From Nocardioides sp. (GTDB taxonomy: Bacteria; Actinomycetota; Actinomycetes; Propionibacteriales; Nocardioidaceae): a stretch of DNA of 64,000 nt. The notes under the pieces are model-generated. The model was not told where the DNA came from and made no database searches. It was given only the letters and a program-made list of their open reading frames with translations. Numbering within the stretch: the stretch's first letter is position 1; every line of letters starts with the position of its first letter. Positions 40,732 through 50,670 of this stretch are shown here, in pieces. The translations under genes were made by a program, and so were the position numbers. The stretch is taken from assembly GCA_051657705.1 (NCBI GenBank), contig JBOFLE010000037.1, positions 22,033 through 86,032 on the forward strand, in the 5' to 3' direction.

Positions 40732-43007
40732 GACTTCTCGATGAACTCGCCGGCCTGGGACTGTTCGAGCGCCACCACCGCTTCGCGCAGTTCCAGTGCC
40801 GAGTCGAGCATGGGATCCACCATCAGCAGTCCCTCGGCGGCCTCCCTGGCTCGGACGATCGTCTCCTCGTCGCGCAGCACGCGAAGCGTGTGCAGACTGG
40901 AACGGCGGCCGGACTGGGAAGCGCCCAGGACATCGCCCTCGCGACGCTGCTCCAGGTCGATCCTGCTGAGTGCGAACCCGTCGTTGGTCGCCGCTACGGC
41001 CTCGAGCCGCTCGCGAGCGGGTTGGGCCGGGTCGGTCCGGGTCACCAGCAGACACAACCCGGGCAAGCCGCCGCGACCCACCCGGCCCCGCAGTTGATGC
41101 AACTGGGAGACACCGAACCGATCCGCGTCCAAGATCACCATCGTCGTGGCATTCGGGACATCGACGCCGACCTCGATCACGGTCGTGCTGATCACGACGT
41201 CGAGCTCCCCTCCGGCGAACGCCCGCATGGTCCGGTCCTTGTCGTCGGCAGGCATCCGCCCGTGCAGCATGGCGATCCGCAAGCCGGACAACGCCCCGGC
41301 GGACACATCGGCGTACACCTCCTCGACGGCGGCGAGGTCCTTGTCGGCGAGCGGCGACCGGGCCACCGGCCCGGGATCCGATTCTGTGCCCGGTCCCCCG
41401 TCCGCACCGGACGCCGCCGGTCGATCCGACGGGTCCATGGCGTCCTGCTCACCGAGGTCGCCGCTGATCCGCGGGCATACTACGTACACCTGGTGCCCGC
41501 CGGCCGCCTCTTCGCGCACCCGCTGCCAGACTCGATCCATCCAGTGCGGGTGCTCCGCCAGCGGGACCACGTTGCTCTGTACGGCGCCCCGGCCCGCCGG
41601 TAACTCGCTCAGCGTCGAGACCTCCAAGTCCCCGAAGATGGTCATCGCCACGCTGCGTGGAATCGGGGTCGCGGTCATCACCAGGACGTGCGGCGGGGAA
41701 CCCGCCTTGTCGGTCAGAGTGGCCCGTTGCTCCACGCCGAACCGATGCTGCTCATCGACGACGACCAGGCCTAGGTCGGCGAAGTCCACCCGGTCCTGGA
41801 GCAGCGCATGGGTGCCGATCACCAGACCGGCGTCCCCCCCGGCCAGCGCCGACAACGACCGCCGCTTGGCGGCCGCGCTCATCGAACCCGTCAGCAAGGC
41901 CACCGTGGTCCCGTCGCCGTGTCCGCCGAGCATGCCGCCGTGACCCAGGTCCCCGAGCAACGCGGTGATCGACCGGAAGTGCTGCTGCGCCAAGACCTCG
42001 GTCGGCGCGAGCAGTGCCGCCTGAGCCCCCGAGTCGACCACCCGCAGCATCGCGCCGAGGGCCACTACGGTCTTCCCGGAACCGACCTCGCCCTGGAGCA
42101 GCCGGTTCATCGGGTGCGGTCGCGCGAGGTCGGCGAAGATCTGGTCCCGGACCGATGCCTGTCCGGCGGTCAGGGTGAACGGCAACCTGCGATCGAACTC
42201 GGCCAGCAGGCCGTCGTCCCGGCCGACCCGTGCCGCCGCTCCCACCGCGCGGAGCGCGATCCGCCGGCGCGCCAACACCACCTGGGTGATCAGCGCCTCC
42301 TCGAACCGATAGCGCCGGCGCGCCTGGGCCACCTGGTGGTCGTTGTTCGGCTCATGGATGTACTCCAGCGCCTGGCGGGCGTCGGGGAGGCCGTGGACCT
42401 TGCGCACGGATTCGGGAAGCAGTTCGGGGATCTCGTCGACCATCGAACGGGCGAAGGCGACCGCACGTCGTACGTCGATCGAGTCGAGGCCCTTGGTCAG
42501 CGGATAGAGCGGAAAGAGCGGAGGAAGCTCGGCCAGAGTCGCGATCTCGGAGACCTGCGAGTCGTCGGACCCGAACATCACCAGCGACGGGTTGGTCAGT
42601 TGCCATTCGCCGCGGAATCTCCCCACCAGACCGGTGAAGATTCCCCGCGCTCTCTCGGGCACCCGGCGGGCGTGCCGCTCGGCCATGTTCTTTCGCTTGG
42701 CGAAGAACGAGATCCGCAGCGGCGGACCGTCCGTCCGAACGGTGATGTCGTGCCGGTAGGCCGTCCGTCCGGTGCGCCGGTCCCGGTAGGTATTCGTCGC
42801 GATGTCGGAGACCTCGCCGACCACACTGATCAGCTGCCCCACCTCCAGTCGCGCGATCCTGGAGAGTTCTCCGGTCTTCAGATAACGTCGCGGGTGATGA
42901 GCCAGCAGGTCTCCCACGGTGCGCAGACCCAGGCCGTCGATGAACTTGCCGCGTTTGGCGGACGCATCACCGAGGACCGTCTCGATGGGGGAATCGATGT
43001 CGATCAC
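40728..43007 (-). CDS. recG: ATP-dependent DNA helicase RecG
   Basis: LQGEVGSGKT; DEQHRFGV; MTATPIPRS; QLHQLRGRVGRG. Confidence 0.97.
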   Translation of the reverse strand: MIDIDSPIETVLGDASAKRGKFIDGLGLRTVGDLLAHHPRRYLKTGELSRIARLEVGQLISVVGEVSDIATNTYRDRRTGRTAYRHDITVRTDGPPLRISFFAKRKNMAERHARRVPERARGIFTGLVGRFRGEWQLTNPSLVMFGSDDSQVSEIATLAELPPLFPLYPLTKGLDSIDVRRAVAFARSMVDEIPELLPESVRKVHGLPDARQALEYIHEPNNDHQVAQARRRYRFEEALITQVVLARRRIALRAVGAAARVGRDDGLLAEFDRRLPFTLTAGQASVRDQIFADLARPHPMNRLLQGEVGSGKTVVALGAMLRVVDSGAQAALLAPTEVLAQQHFRSITALLGDLGHGGMLGGHGDGTTVALLTGSMSAAAKRRSLSALAGGDAGLVIGTHALLQDRVDFADLGLVVVDEQHRFGVEQRATLTDKAGSPPHVLVMTATPIPRSVAMTIFGDLEVSTLSELPAGRGAVQSNVVPLAEHPHWMDRVWQRVREEAAGGHQVYVVCPRISGDLGEQDAMDPSDRPAASGADGGPGTESDPGPVARSPLADKDLAAVEEVYADVSAGALSGLRIAMLHGRMPADDKDRTMRAFAGGELDVVISTTVIEVGVDVPNATTMVILDADRFGVSQLHQLRGRVGRGGLPGLCLLVTRTDPAQPARERLEAVAATNDGFALSRIDLEQRREGDVLGASQSGRRSSLHTLRVLRDEETIVRAREAAEGLLMVDPMLDSALELREAVVALEQSQAGEFIEKS

Positions 43008-43014
43008 GGTTTCC

Positions 43015-44649
43015 TCACTCGACGCCGATCAGCAGTGCGTAACGCTGCTGTCCACCGTCGTAGACGGCGACATCGACATGACGGTAGGAGGCTGCGGCGT
43101 AGACCTCGCACCGAGCGGCGAGGCCGCCGGGACCACCGTCCGACTCACCGGCCACCAGGGTGAGCAACTCCCCGCCGGCACCGAGCAACCGGTCGATGAC
43201 CGTTCGGGCCACGATGTCCAGGTCGTCGCCGATCACGGCGAAGTCGCCCGCGATCACACCGAGCACATCGCCGGGTTCACACGGTCCCGCCATGGTCATC
43301 GCCCGCCGCGACGCGACCGTGACGGCACCGTCGCGGGCATGGCGCGCCGTCGCGGTCATCTCGAGGACATCGGCATCGAACGGTCGGCCCGGCTCGTGGA
43401 CCGCCATCGCCGCGAGCCCTTGCACCTGAGTACTGGTGTGGATGACCACCACTCTGATTCCGCCCGACTCTTCGACCAGCCGGGCGGCGAGTTCTGCCAC
43501 CCTGATCGAGTCGAGATCGTTGGGCAGCACCACGACCTGCGCTCCGCCTGAAGCCCTGATCGCGGCGGCGACTTCATCGGTCGACGGCCGCCGACCGGTA
43601 CCGCTCGACAACACATGAGCGCCGGCTTCTTCGAAGAGCCGCGCCAGGCCCGGCCCCGCCGCAACCGCGACCACGGCCCGCTCGGCCGACGGTACGGCGG
43701 GTTCGTCCACCGTTGAATCGGCAAAGTGAGTGACGCGGATCCGGTGCGGGCGCCCGGCGGCGATACCAGCTTCGATGGCGGCGCCGACATCGGCGGTGTG
43801 CACGTGCACGTTCCACAATCCGCGGCCACCCACCACAACGACCGAGTCGCCGCACGCCAGGAGGGCCGCGCGCAGGTCCGGGATCGTCTCGTCGGTGGCG
43901 TCGTCGAGAAGGTACATCACCTCGAAGGGCAGGCCGTCCGCGCTCCGATCCGGACCGGTCTCCGAAGGCCCAGCGGGAATCGGCCGGGGAATCGGTCGGG
44001 CGAGGGGCATTCTCCGACCGGTCACCACCTGTTCGGCCGCGTCGAAGACGATGCTCAGGCCCCGGCCGCCCGCATCCACCACGCCGGCATCGCGGAGCAC
44101 CTGGAGTTGCTCGGGCGTCCGGCACACCGCCTCTCGGGCGGCCGCGGCCGCCGCGGCGATGACGTCGCGCAGCTGGGCGCCGTCGCGTTCACCCGCCCGG
44201 GTCGCGGCGGTCGCGGCGACCCGGGCGACGGTCAGCATGGTCCCTTCGACCGGTCGGCCGACCGCGGCATATCCGGCGTCGGCGGCGTCCCGGACGGCTT
44301 CCGCGATGACCCGCGGGTCGCATGGGTCCGCCTCCGCACTCATGAGGCGTTCGACCCATGCGCCGAGCATCTGGCTCACGATGACACCCGAGTTGCCCCG
44401 GGCGCCCATCAGCATCCCTCGCGCGAACGCGCGCAACGCGACGGCCGCCTCGCCGCTGTTCGAACCGACGATCGCCTCCCGGCCCGCGGACATGGTCAAG
44501 AACATGTTGGTGCCGGTGTCACCGTCCGGAATCGGGTAGACGTTCAGGGCGTCGATCTCCTCGCGCGCGGACGCGAGGGCGTCCGTCGAGACCTCTACGA
44601 ATCGCCGCACCATCGACAGCGAGAAGTGACCCCGGGGAACCGTCTCCAT
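43015..44649 (-). CDS. DAK2 domain fatty-acid-kinase-like protein (FakA/YloV)
   Basis: LNVYPIPDGDTGTNM; GARGNSGVI; VDAGGRG; GGQQRYALLIGVE; divergent from rpmB. Confidence 0.92.
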   Translation of the reverse strand: METVPRGHFSLSMVRRFVEVSTDALASAREEIDALNVYPIPDGDTGTNMFLTMSAGREAIVGSNSGEAAVALRAFARGMLMGARGNSGVIVSQMLGAWVERLMSAEADPCDPRVIAEAVRDAADAGYAAVGRPVEGTMLTVARVAATAATRAGERDGAQLRDVIAAAAAAAREAVCRTPEQLQVLRDAGVVDAGGRGLSIVFDAAEQVVTGRRMPLARPIPRPIPAGPSETGPDRSADGLPFEVMYLLDDATDETIPDLRAALLACGDSVVVVGGRGLWNVHVHTADVGAAIEAGIAAGRPHRIRVTHFADSTVDEPAVPSAERAVVAVAAGPGLARLFEEAGAHVLSSGTGRRPSTDEVAAAIRASGGAQVVVLPNDLDSIRVAELAARLVEESGGIRVVVIHTSTQVQGLAAMAVHEPGRPFDADVLEMTATARHARDGAVTVASRRAMTMAGPCEPGDVLGVIAGDFAVIGDDLDIVARTVIDRLLGAGGELLTLVAGESDGGPGGLAARCEVYAAASYRHVDVAVYDGGQQRYALLIGVE

Positions 44650-44811
44650 CGCCTGCCTCTCTGAGGAACCGGACCAAGACTAGTCGGGTCCGGCGCGAGA
44701 CCTCGCCGGCGTTTCGTTCGGCGGTTCCTTGGCGATTCGTTGGGTGAGCGGGTATCGGATACTCTTCTCAGGTTGTCCATATTTCAGTTCGACCCGATCA
44801 GGAGTGACCTC

Positions 44812-44997
44812 GTGGCCGCCGTATGCGACATCTGCGCCAAGAAGCCGGGCTTCGGCAACAACCGGCCCTGGTCGCGCAAGATCACCAAACGTCGCTTCAA
44901 CCCGAACATCCAGCGCGTGCGGGCCAAGGTTGACGGGACCCCGAAGCGCCTCAACGTCTGCACGAGCTGCATCAAGGCCGGCAAAGTCACCCGCTAA
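44812..44997 (+). CDS. rpmB: 50S ribosomal protein L28 (zinc-binding form)
   Basis: VAAVCDICAKKPGFGNN...RRFNPNIQ...NVCTSCIKAGKV; AGGAG RBS. Confidence 0.96.
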   Translation: MAAVCDICAKKPGFGNNRPWSRKITKRRFNPNIQRVRAKVDGTPKRLNVCTSCIKAGKVTR

Positions 44998-45002
44998 CTC
45001 GC

Positions 45003-45059
45003 CGACCCGGCAGTTATCTGGCCAAATCTGCGGCGTGTCGACGGCTAAGTGCCGGGTCG
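45003..45059. repeat. REP-like element, family B (CGACCCGGCA...TGCCGGGTCG)
   Basis: 10-bp terminal inverted repeats between convergent rpmB and thiL; both arms recur at 46897-47031. Confidence 0.75.
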
Positions 45060-45061
45060 AC

Positions 45062-46042
45062 TCAGAAGTGAGACCAACCCGTCGGACCGTCGTACACCGA
45101 ACCGTCTACGGTCACCGCTCGAAAGCCGTCGTCGAGTGGACCCTGCGGTGCCGGTGGACCCACCTTGCCGATGATCCGCCAGCCGTCAGGCAGCGAGACA
45201 TCGGCGGGAAAGGTCGCCAGCAGCGGGTGGTCATCCCCGCCAGTCAAGACGTAGCCGATCGGATCCGTGCCGACCGCGCCGGCCACCGCGACCAGTGGCT
45301 CGGCCACCTCCAGAGCCGCAGACGTGATGTCGATAGAGACATTCGAGGCCCGGGCCACGTGACCCGCCTCGGCCAACAGCCCGTCGGAGACGTCGATCAT
45401 CGAGGTAGCGCCGGCCGCCGCACCGATCGGTCCGGCGTCATACGGCGGCGCCGGGTGTCGCACGGCTTCCACCAGCACGCGAGGTGACCGGAAGCCGCGG
45501 GACAGCACCGCCAGTCCCCCGGCCGCCCAGCCCTGCCGCCCGCACAGCGCGAGAACGTCTCCCGGCCGAGCCCCGGTGCGCAAGACAGGCGTCCGGGCAC
45601 ACGAACCGAAGACAGTGCCGGCAATCACGATCTGATCTGCTCGGCTGATATCGCCACCAACGAGAACCGCGCCGACCAGCGAGAGCTCGTCGGTGAGTCC
45701 TTTGGCGAAGTCGAGTACCCATTGCACAGGCAGCTCCGCCGGCGCCGCAAACCCCACGGTCATCGAGTGCGCGCGGCCACCCATCGCGTTGACGTCGGAG
45801 AGGTTGGCCGCGGCGGCTCGGTGGCCGACTTCCTCCGCGCTCAGCCAATCGCGCCGAAAATGGCGGCCCTCGACCAGCAGATCGGTCGACACCACGACAT
45901 GAGCCCTGGTGACCCGCAACACCGCGGCGTCGTCCCCCGGTCCCAGGTGCACATGGTCCGCCGGGAGGAAGTACGGCGCCAGGCTCTCGATCAGGCCGAA
46001 CTCGCCGACGTCGGCAAGCGTTGCTTCGGTGGTGCGTCCCAT
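45062..46042 (-). CDS. thiL: Thiamine-monophosphate kinase
   Basis: GEFGLI; GPGDDAAV; STDLLVEGRHF; NLSDVNAMG; IDVSDGL; GGDDHPL. Confidence 0.95.
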   Translation of the reverse strand: MGRTTEATLADVGEFGLIESLAPYFLPADHVHLGPGDDAAVLRVTRAHVVVSTDLLVEGRHFRRDWLSAEEVGHRAAAANLSDVNAMGGRAHSMTVGFAAPAELPVQWVLDFAKGLTDELSLVGAVLVGGDISRADQIVIAGTVFGSCARTPVLRTGARPGDVLALCGRQGWAAGGLAVLSRGFRSPRVLVEAVRHPAPPYDAGPIGAAAGATSMIDVSDGLLAEAGHVARASNVSIDITSAALEVAEPLVAVAGAVGTDPIGYVLTGGDDHPLLATFPADVSLPDGWRIIGKVGPPAPQGPLDDGFRAVTVDGSVYDGPTGWSHF

Positions 46043-46156
46043 CGGCCCATCCCATCAGAGCCCATGGTTCGGCCCAAGTCGACTCGCGCGCGGTAGATTT
46101 GAGACTTGCGCCCGGTCCGGCGTACGTCGAGAAGAAGTGAACGAGGGAGCCTCCGC

Positions 46157-46393
46157 ATGGTCGTCCAGGCCTATATCTTGATCCAGACCGATGTCGGGAA
46201 GGCGTCGGAGGTCGCGCGAGCGATCACTCGGATCAAGGGCGTGACGCTGTCCGAAGATGTCACCGGACCGTACGACGTGATAGCGCGCGCGGAGGCGCGC
46301 ACCGTGGACGAACTCGGGAAGCTCGTCGTTGCCAAACTGCAAGCGGTGGAGGGCATCACCCGTACGCTGACCTGTCCGGTGGTGCACATCTGA
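46157..46393 (+). CDS. Stand-alone Lrp/AsnC ligand-binding domain protein
   Basis: MVVQAYILIQT...VTGPYDVIAR...GITRTLTCPVVHI; 78 aa with no HTH. Confidence 0.9.
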   Translation: MVVQAYILIQTDVGKASEVARAITRIKGVTLSEDVTGPYDVIARAEARTVDELGKLVVAKLQAVEGITRTLTCPVVHI

Positions 46394-46443
46394 CCCGTCT
46401 CCTCGGCTCCGCGCCCCTCACTCGCGCCCACCCCCGCGGCATC

Positions 46444-46896
46444 GTGGTCGGGCTCTGCCTGGCACTGCTGGGAACGGCGACCGCATGCTCGGTCACCGTT
46501 ACCGAACCGTACGACGCCAACCCGGATCGTGCCTGCCGCAACCTCCTGGCAAGCCTGCCGACGACGTTGTCGGAGCAGGACCGCCGCTCGGTCGACCCCC
46601 CGAACGCACCGGCGGTGGCCTGGGGCCGGCCACCGGTGGTGGTGCGGTGTCTGGCACAGATGCCTGCCGGTTTCGATGACGAGTCGTCCTGCGAACTGAT
46701 CGACGAGGTCGGATGGTACGTGCCTCAGCGGCAATCGGAGGACCCCGCACTCGATGCGACCGCGACGACCATCGGCACAGAGCCGATCGTCTCGGTCGAC
46801 ATCCCCGCCGAGCGACGTGGCGACGCCGCCGCGATCCTGACGGAACTCGCCAGAGCGGTTCGCGAGGAACTGACCACCGTCAAGCCCTGCGTGTGA
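46444..46896 (+). CDS. DUF3515 family lipoprotein
   Basis: LLGTATAC lipobox; ACRNLLASLP...AWGRPPVVVRC...CELIDEVGW. Confidence 0.8.
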   Translation: MVGLCLALLGTATACSVTVTEPYDANPDRACRNLLASLPTTLSEQDRRSVDPPNAPAVAWGRPPVVVRCLAQMPAGFDDESSCELIDEVGWYVPQRQSEDPALDATATTIGTEPIVSVDIPAERRGDAAAILTELARAVREELTTVKPCV

Positions 46897-47031
46897 CCGA
46901 CCCGGCACCGACGCCTCGACACACCGCTCTGCCCTTTGCTGCGCCTCGCGGTTCGGTCCGCCTAGCGCGACGATGTTCATCCCAGGCGGACCTTTCGAGT
47001 CGGCGAGTCTGGCCAGACAACTGCCGGGTGG
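46897..47031. repeat. REP-like element, family B, inverted, with ~75-bp insert containing a hairpin
   Basis: Ends match the arms of 45003-45059; inner inverted repeat GGTCCGCCT (46955) / AGGCGGACC (46984). Confidence 0.7.
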
Positions 47032-47042
47032 GCGGGGTGGAC

Positions 47043-48182
47043 CTAGCGCAACCCGGTATCTCGTGCCAACGCGAGCTGGATCAGCCGGTCGATGAGCGCT
47101 GGATAGTCCACCCCGGAGGCAGCCCACATCCGCGGGAACATCGACACCGGCGTGAATCCGGGCATGGTGTTGAGTTCGTTGATGATCAGCTCGTCGTCCG
47201 GCATCACGAAGAAGTCCACTCGGACCAGGCCCTCGCAGTCAACCGCCTCGAACGCCCGGGCGGCCATCTCCCGGAGCCGGTCCTCGACGTCCGGCTTGAG
47301 TTCCGCGGGCACGTCGAGCTGAGTGTGTTCGCCCGGGATGTACTTCGCGGCGAAGTCGTAGAACTCGTGATCGCCGCCGACCCGGATCTCGGCCGGGACA
47401 CTGGTCCGCGGAGTTCCGTCGATATCCTGGAGAACCCCGCACTCGATCTCGCGCGCCCCTTGTGCGGCCGCCTCCACGAGCACCTTGGGATCGTGCTCCA
47501 TCGCGATCTCCAGGGCGGCACCCAGGTCGCCCGGGCCATGCACCTTGGTGATGCCGAGGCTGGAACCGCCGCGAGCGGGCTTGACGAAGACCGGATAGCC
47601 CAAAGCCTCGACGCCGGCGAGGTGACCGGCCGGGTCGCGCCGCCAGCTCTGCGCCGTGATCACCACCGATCCCATCACCGGCAACCCGGCCGCCCGGAGT
47701 GCGATCTTCATGAATGCCTTGTCCATGCTGATCGCCGAGGCGAGCACGCCGGCTCCCACGTACCTGATCCCGGCCATCTCCAGCATGCCCTGGATGGTGC
47801 CGTCCTCACCCCACGGCCCGTGCAGCAACGGGAACACCACGTCGACCTCGCCGAGCGCCCGGGGCGGCGCACTCGGGTCGCTTGTCACCAGGGCCACGCC
47901 ACCCGGAGTTCGCTCGAGAGTCACCGAGGGCAGTCCGACGTCGACGCTCGGGAGCTGCCCTGCCCCCGTGATCCGCAGCCGCTCCGGATCGGCCGACTCC
48001 AGGACCCAGCGGCCATCGGTCGCGATACCGATCGGAATGACGTCGTACTTGTCCTGATCGATCGCCGCCAGCACATTGCCCGCGGTGACACAGGAGATCG
48101 CATGTTCGCCGGACCGCCCACCGAAGACGACCGCGACTCGGGGCTTGCGCGAAGCGCCGGTCGAAAAAGTCGGTTCACTCAT
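47043..48182 (-). CDS. ddl: D-alanine--D-alanine ligase
   Basis: FGGRSGEHAIS; PLLHGPWGEDG; VKPARGGSS; YDFAAKY; NELNTMPGFT. Confidence 0.96.
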   Translation of the reverse strand: MSEPTFSTGASRKPRVAVVFGGRSGEHAISCVTAGNVLAAIDQDKYDVIPIGIATDGRWVLESADPERLRITGAGQLPSVDVGLPSVTLERTPGGVALVTSDPSAPPRALGEVDVVFPLLHGPWGEDGTIQGMLEMAGIRYVGAGVLASAISMDKAFMKIALRAAGLPVMGSVVITAQSWRRDPAGHLAGVEALGYPVFVKPARGGSSLGITKVHGPGDLGAALEIAMEHDPKVLVEAAAQGAREIECGVLQDIDGTPRTSVPAEIRVGGDHEFYDFAAKYIPGEHTQLDVPAELKPDVEDRLREMAARAFEAVDCEGLVRVDFFVMPDDELIINELNTMPGFTPVSMFPRMWAASGVDYPALIDRLIQLALARDTGLR

Positions 48183-48254
48183 CGCGCCCGACCCTAGCTC
48201 ACCAGGACCCGGAGGCGGGCCGGCCCCAGCCAGAGTCTTCGGAGTAAGTCGGCG

Positions 48255-49256
48255 TCAGTCCGCCTCGTCCTTGGTGTCACGCGAGATGAAGCTCTCCATC
48301 ATCTCCGGGGCGGTCATCCCGCCCGCCACCACCGCGTCCACGTGATCGGCGATCGGGGCATAGACGCCGCACCTCTCGGCAAGCTCGCGCAACGACGCGC
48401 TGGACTTGGCTCCCTCGGCGACCTGCCGGGTAGAACCGAAGATCTCCAGTGCGCCCTCACCTCGCCCCAGGCGCTCACCGAACGTGCGATTGCGTGAGAG
48501 CGGTGAGGAACACGTCGCGACCAGATCCCCCATGCCGGCCAGGCCCATCAACGTGAGCGGATTGGCGCCGAGGGCAGCGGCGAGCCTGGCGGTCTCGGCG
48601 AGGCCGCGAGTGATGACCGACGCCGTGGTGTTGTCGCCGAAACCCAGGCCGACGGCCATCCCGACGGCGATCGCGACGACGTTCTTGTACGCTCCGCCGA
48701 GCTCGCACCCGATGACGTCCGAACTGCTGTAGGGCCGGAAGGCCCGCGTGTGCAGCATCGTACGCAACCTGCGCGCCATGTCCTCGTCCGCGCAGGCCAC
48801 CACCGATGCGGCCGGCTCCCGCCGCGCGATCTCGCTGGACAGGTTCGGCCCGCTGAGCACCGCGATCCGGTCCGGTCCGGCTTCGGTGAGTTCCGCGATG
48901 ACCTCGCTCATCCTCTTGAGGCTGCCGAGTTCGACGCCTTTCATCAGCGAGACCAGCACCGCGCGCTCGGGTATGGTCGCGACCCAATCGGCAAGGTTCG
49001 CCCGCAAGGTCTGCGACGGAACCGCGAAGATGACCAGATCCGCCCGACTGGCGGCCAGTTCGTGATCGTGGGTGGCGGTGATGGTCGGCGGCAGTGTGAT
49101 CCCCGGCAGGTAGTCCGGATTCTCCTGCGTCGCGTTGATCGCCGCGCACAACTCGCCGCGACGCGCCCAGATCGTGACGTCGTGGCCGGCGTCGGCCGCG
49201 ACGATCGAGAACGCCGTACCCCAGGATCCGGCACCGAATACCGCGATCTTCGTCAC
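48255..49256 (-). CDS. gpsA: NAD(P)H-dependent glycerol-3-phosphate dehydrogenase
   Basis: VFGAGSWGTA; SGPNL; GAYKNV; GMGDLVATC; SRNR. Confidence 0.96.
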   Translation of the reverse strand: MTKIAVFGAGSWGTAFSIVAADAGHDVTIWARRGELCAAINATQENPDYLPGITLPPTITATHDHELAASRADLVIFAVPSQTLRANLADWVATIPERAVLVSLMKGVELGSLKRMSEVIAELTEAGPDRIAVLSGPNLSSEIARREPAASVVACADEDMARRLRTMLHTRAFRPYSSSDVIGCELGGAYKNVVAIAVGMAVGLGFGDNTTASVITRGLAETARLAAALGANPLTLMGLAGMGDLVATCSSPLSRNRTFGERLGRGEGALEIFGSTRQVAEGAKSSASLRELAERCGVYAPIADHVDAVVAGGMTAPEMMESFISRDTKDEAD

Positions 49257-49257
49257 C

Positions 49258-49989
49258 TTACGGAACGTCCTTTCCGGGATGATCTCTGAGATCGAGACGC
49301 CGCGGCGGAGGAGCCTCATCCCGAATGTCGGCCACGAGCGCGGTCAATGCTGCCATGAGCCGGTCGGTGGCCTCGGCGAGCACCGCCGCGGTGCGCGGCC
49401 GGTCGCGCAGATCGTCGAGTCGCACCGGATCCCCCACCCGCATCGTCACCCGCTTCCGTGGCCAGAAATTCGGCTTCTTGGCGTACGGCGCCAGCAGGGC
49501 CTGCGCACCCCACTGACCCACCGGGATCAGCGGGCATCCGGCCTCCAGCGCGATCCGGGCCGCTCCGGTACGGCCCGCCATCGGCCACAGGCCCGGATCC
49601 CGAGTGAGAGTGCCCTCGGGATAGACCACGACGCACTCGCCCTCGAGTACCGCGGCCACCGCCAGGCCTACCGAGTCGCCGGCCGAGGCGCTGTGGCGTT
49701 GCACGGGGATCTGTTCGGCGGAGGTCAGCACCCGGCGCAGGAACGGGTTCCGGAACAATTCGGCCTTGGCCAGCGTGCGCGGCAGCCGGCCGCGGTCGTA
49801 GATCAGATGTGCCGACATGAGGGGATCCAGATGGGAGATGTGGTTGAAGGCCAGCACGCATCCTCCGGCGGCGGGGATCTTGTCGGCCCCGATCCAGGCA
49901 TGGGTGGTGGTCGCCCGGAGCAAGGGCTTGAGCAGCGCCGCACCGATGGCGAACGCCCAGCCCTGGCCTTTCGGCACGCCCTTTCTCAC
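49258..49989 (-). CDS. Lysophospholipid (1-acyl-G3P) acyltransferase
   Basis: NHISHLD (HX4D), AKAELF, YPEGT; start GTG 49989 is inferred. Confidence 0.92.
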   Translation of the reverse strand: MRKGVPKGQGWAFAIGAALLKPLLRATTTHAWIGADKIPAAGGCVLAFNHISHLDPLMSAHLIYDRGRLPRTLAKAELFRNPFLRRVLTSAEQIPVQRHSASAGDSVGLAVAAVLEGECVVVYPEGTLTRDPGLWPMAGRTGAARIALEAGCPLIPVGQWGAQALLAPYAKKPNFWPRKRVTMRVGDPVRLDDLRDRPRTAAVLAEATDRLMAALTALVADIRDEAPPPRRLDLRDHPGKDVP

Positions 49990-50007
49990 CGTGCCAGGAT
50001 TCCAGAT

Positions 50008-50652
50008 GTGAGCGCACCCGACCCAGGAACCTCGTTCGTCGCGCTGATTCCGGTCAAGCCGCCACACCTCGGAAAGCGGCGCCTCGGCTCGATGGCGCCG
50101 GCCTTCCGGACGGCCCTGGCCTCGGCGTTCGCCCTGGACACCATGACAGCGGTCAGCGAGTGCGCCCTGGTGGACCAGGTGGTGTTGGTGACCACGGACC
50201 CGGGTCTTGCGGCCCGGGCCGGACGATCCGGCCTGAGCGTGCTTCCCGACCCACCCGCGGACGACCTGAACGCGATGCTCGTCTCGGTCGTGGAGTCGCT
50301 GGACATGGCCGCCCGTCGGGCGATCCTGGTGACTCCGGCCGACCTCCCCGCGATGACGCCGGAGGACTTGGCCCAGACCCTGTCGCTGTGGGACGAGGGC
50401 GGACCCGCATTCGTCGCCGACGCCCAGGGCACGGGCACGACCCTGTACCTTGCTCGCGCCGCCGACTTCGCCCCGCGCTACGGGCCGACATCGCGAGCCG
50501 ATCACCTGGCGGCAGGCGCAGTCGAGTTGCCGGTCTATCTCAGTACGGTTCAACACGACGTCGACCAGATAGCCGATCTGGATGCCGCCGTCGGCCTGGG
50601 ACTTGGACGCCACACCCGCGCGGTGCTGGCCCAGACCGGCATCGGCCGATAG
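50008..50652 (+). CDS. cofC: 2-phospho-L-lactate/PEP guanylyltransferase (F420 biosynthesis)
   Basis: ALIPVKPPHLGKRRL; ADLPA; DAQGTGTT; FAPRYG; DVDQIADL. Confidence 0.85.
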   Translation: MSAPDPGTSFVALIPVKPPHLGKRRLGSMAPAFRTALASAFALDTMTAVSECALVDQVVLVTTDPGLAARAGRSGLSVLPDPPADDLNAMLVSVVESLDMAARRAILVTPADLPAMTPEDLAQTLSLWDEGGPAFVADAQGTGTTLYLARAADFAPRYGPTSRADHLAAGAVELPVYLSTVQHDVDQIADLDAAVGLGLGRHTRAVLAQTGIGR

Positions 50653-50670
50653 CGGACAGACACGGCCGGT

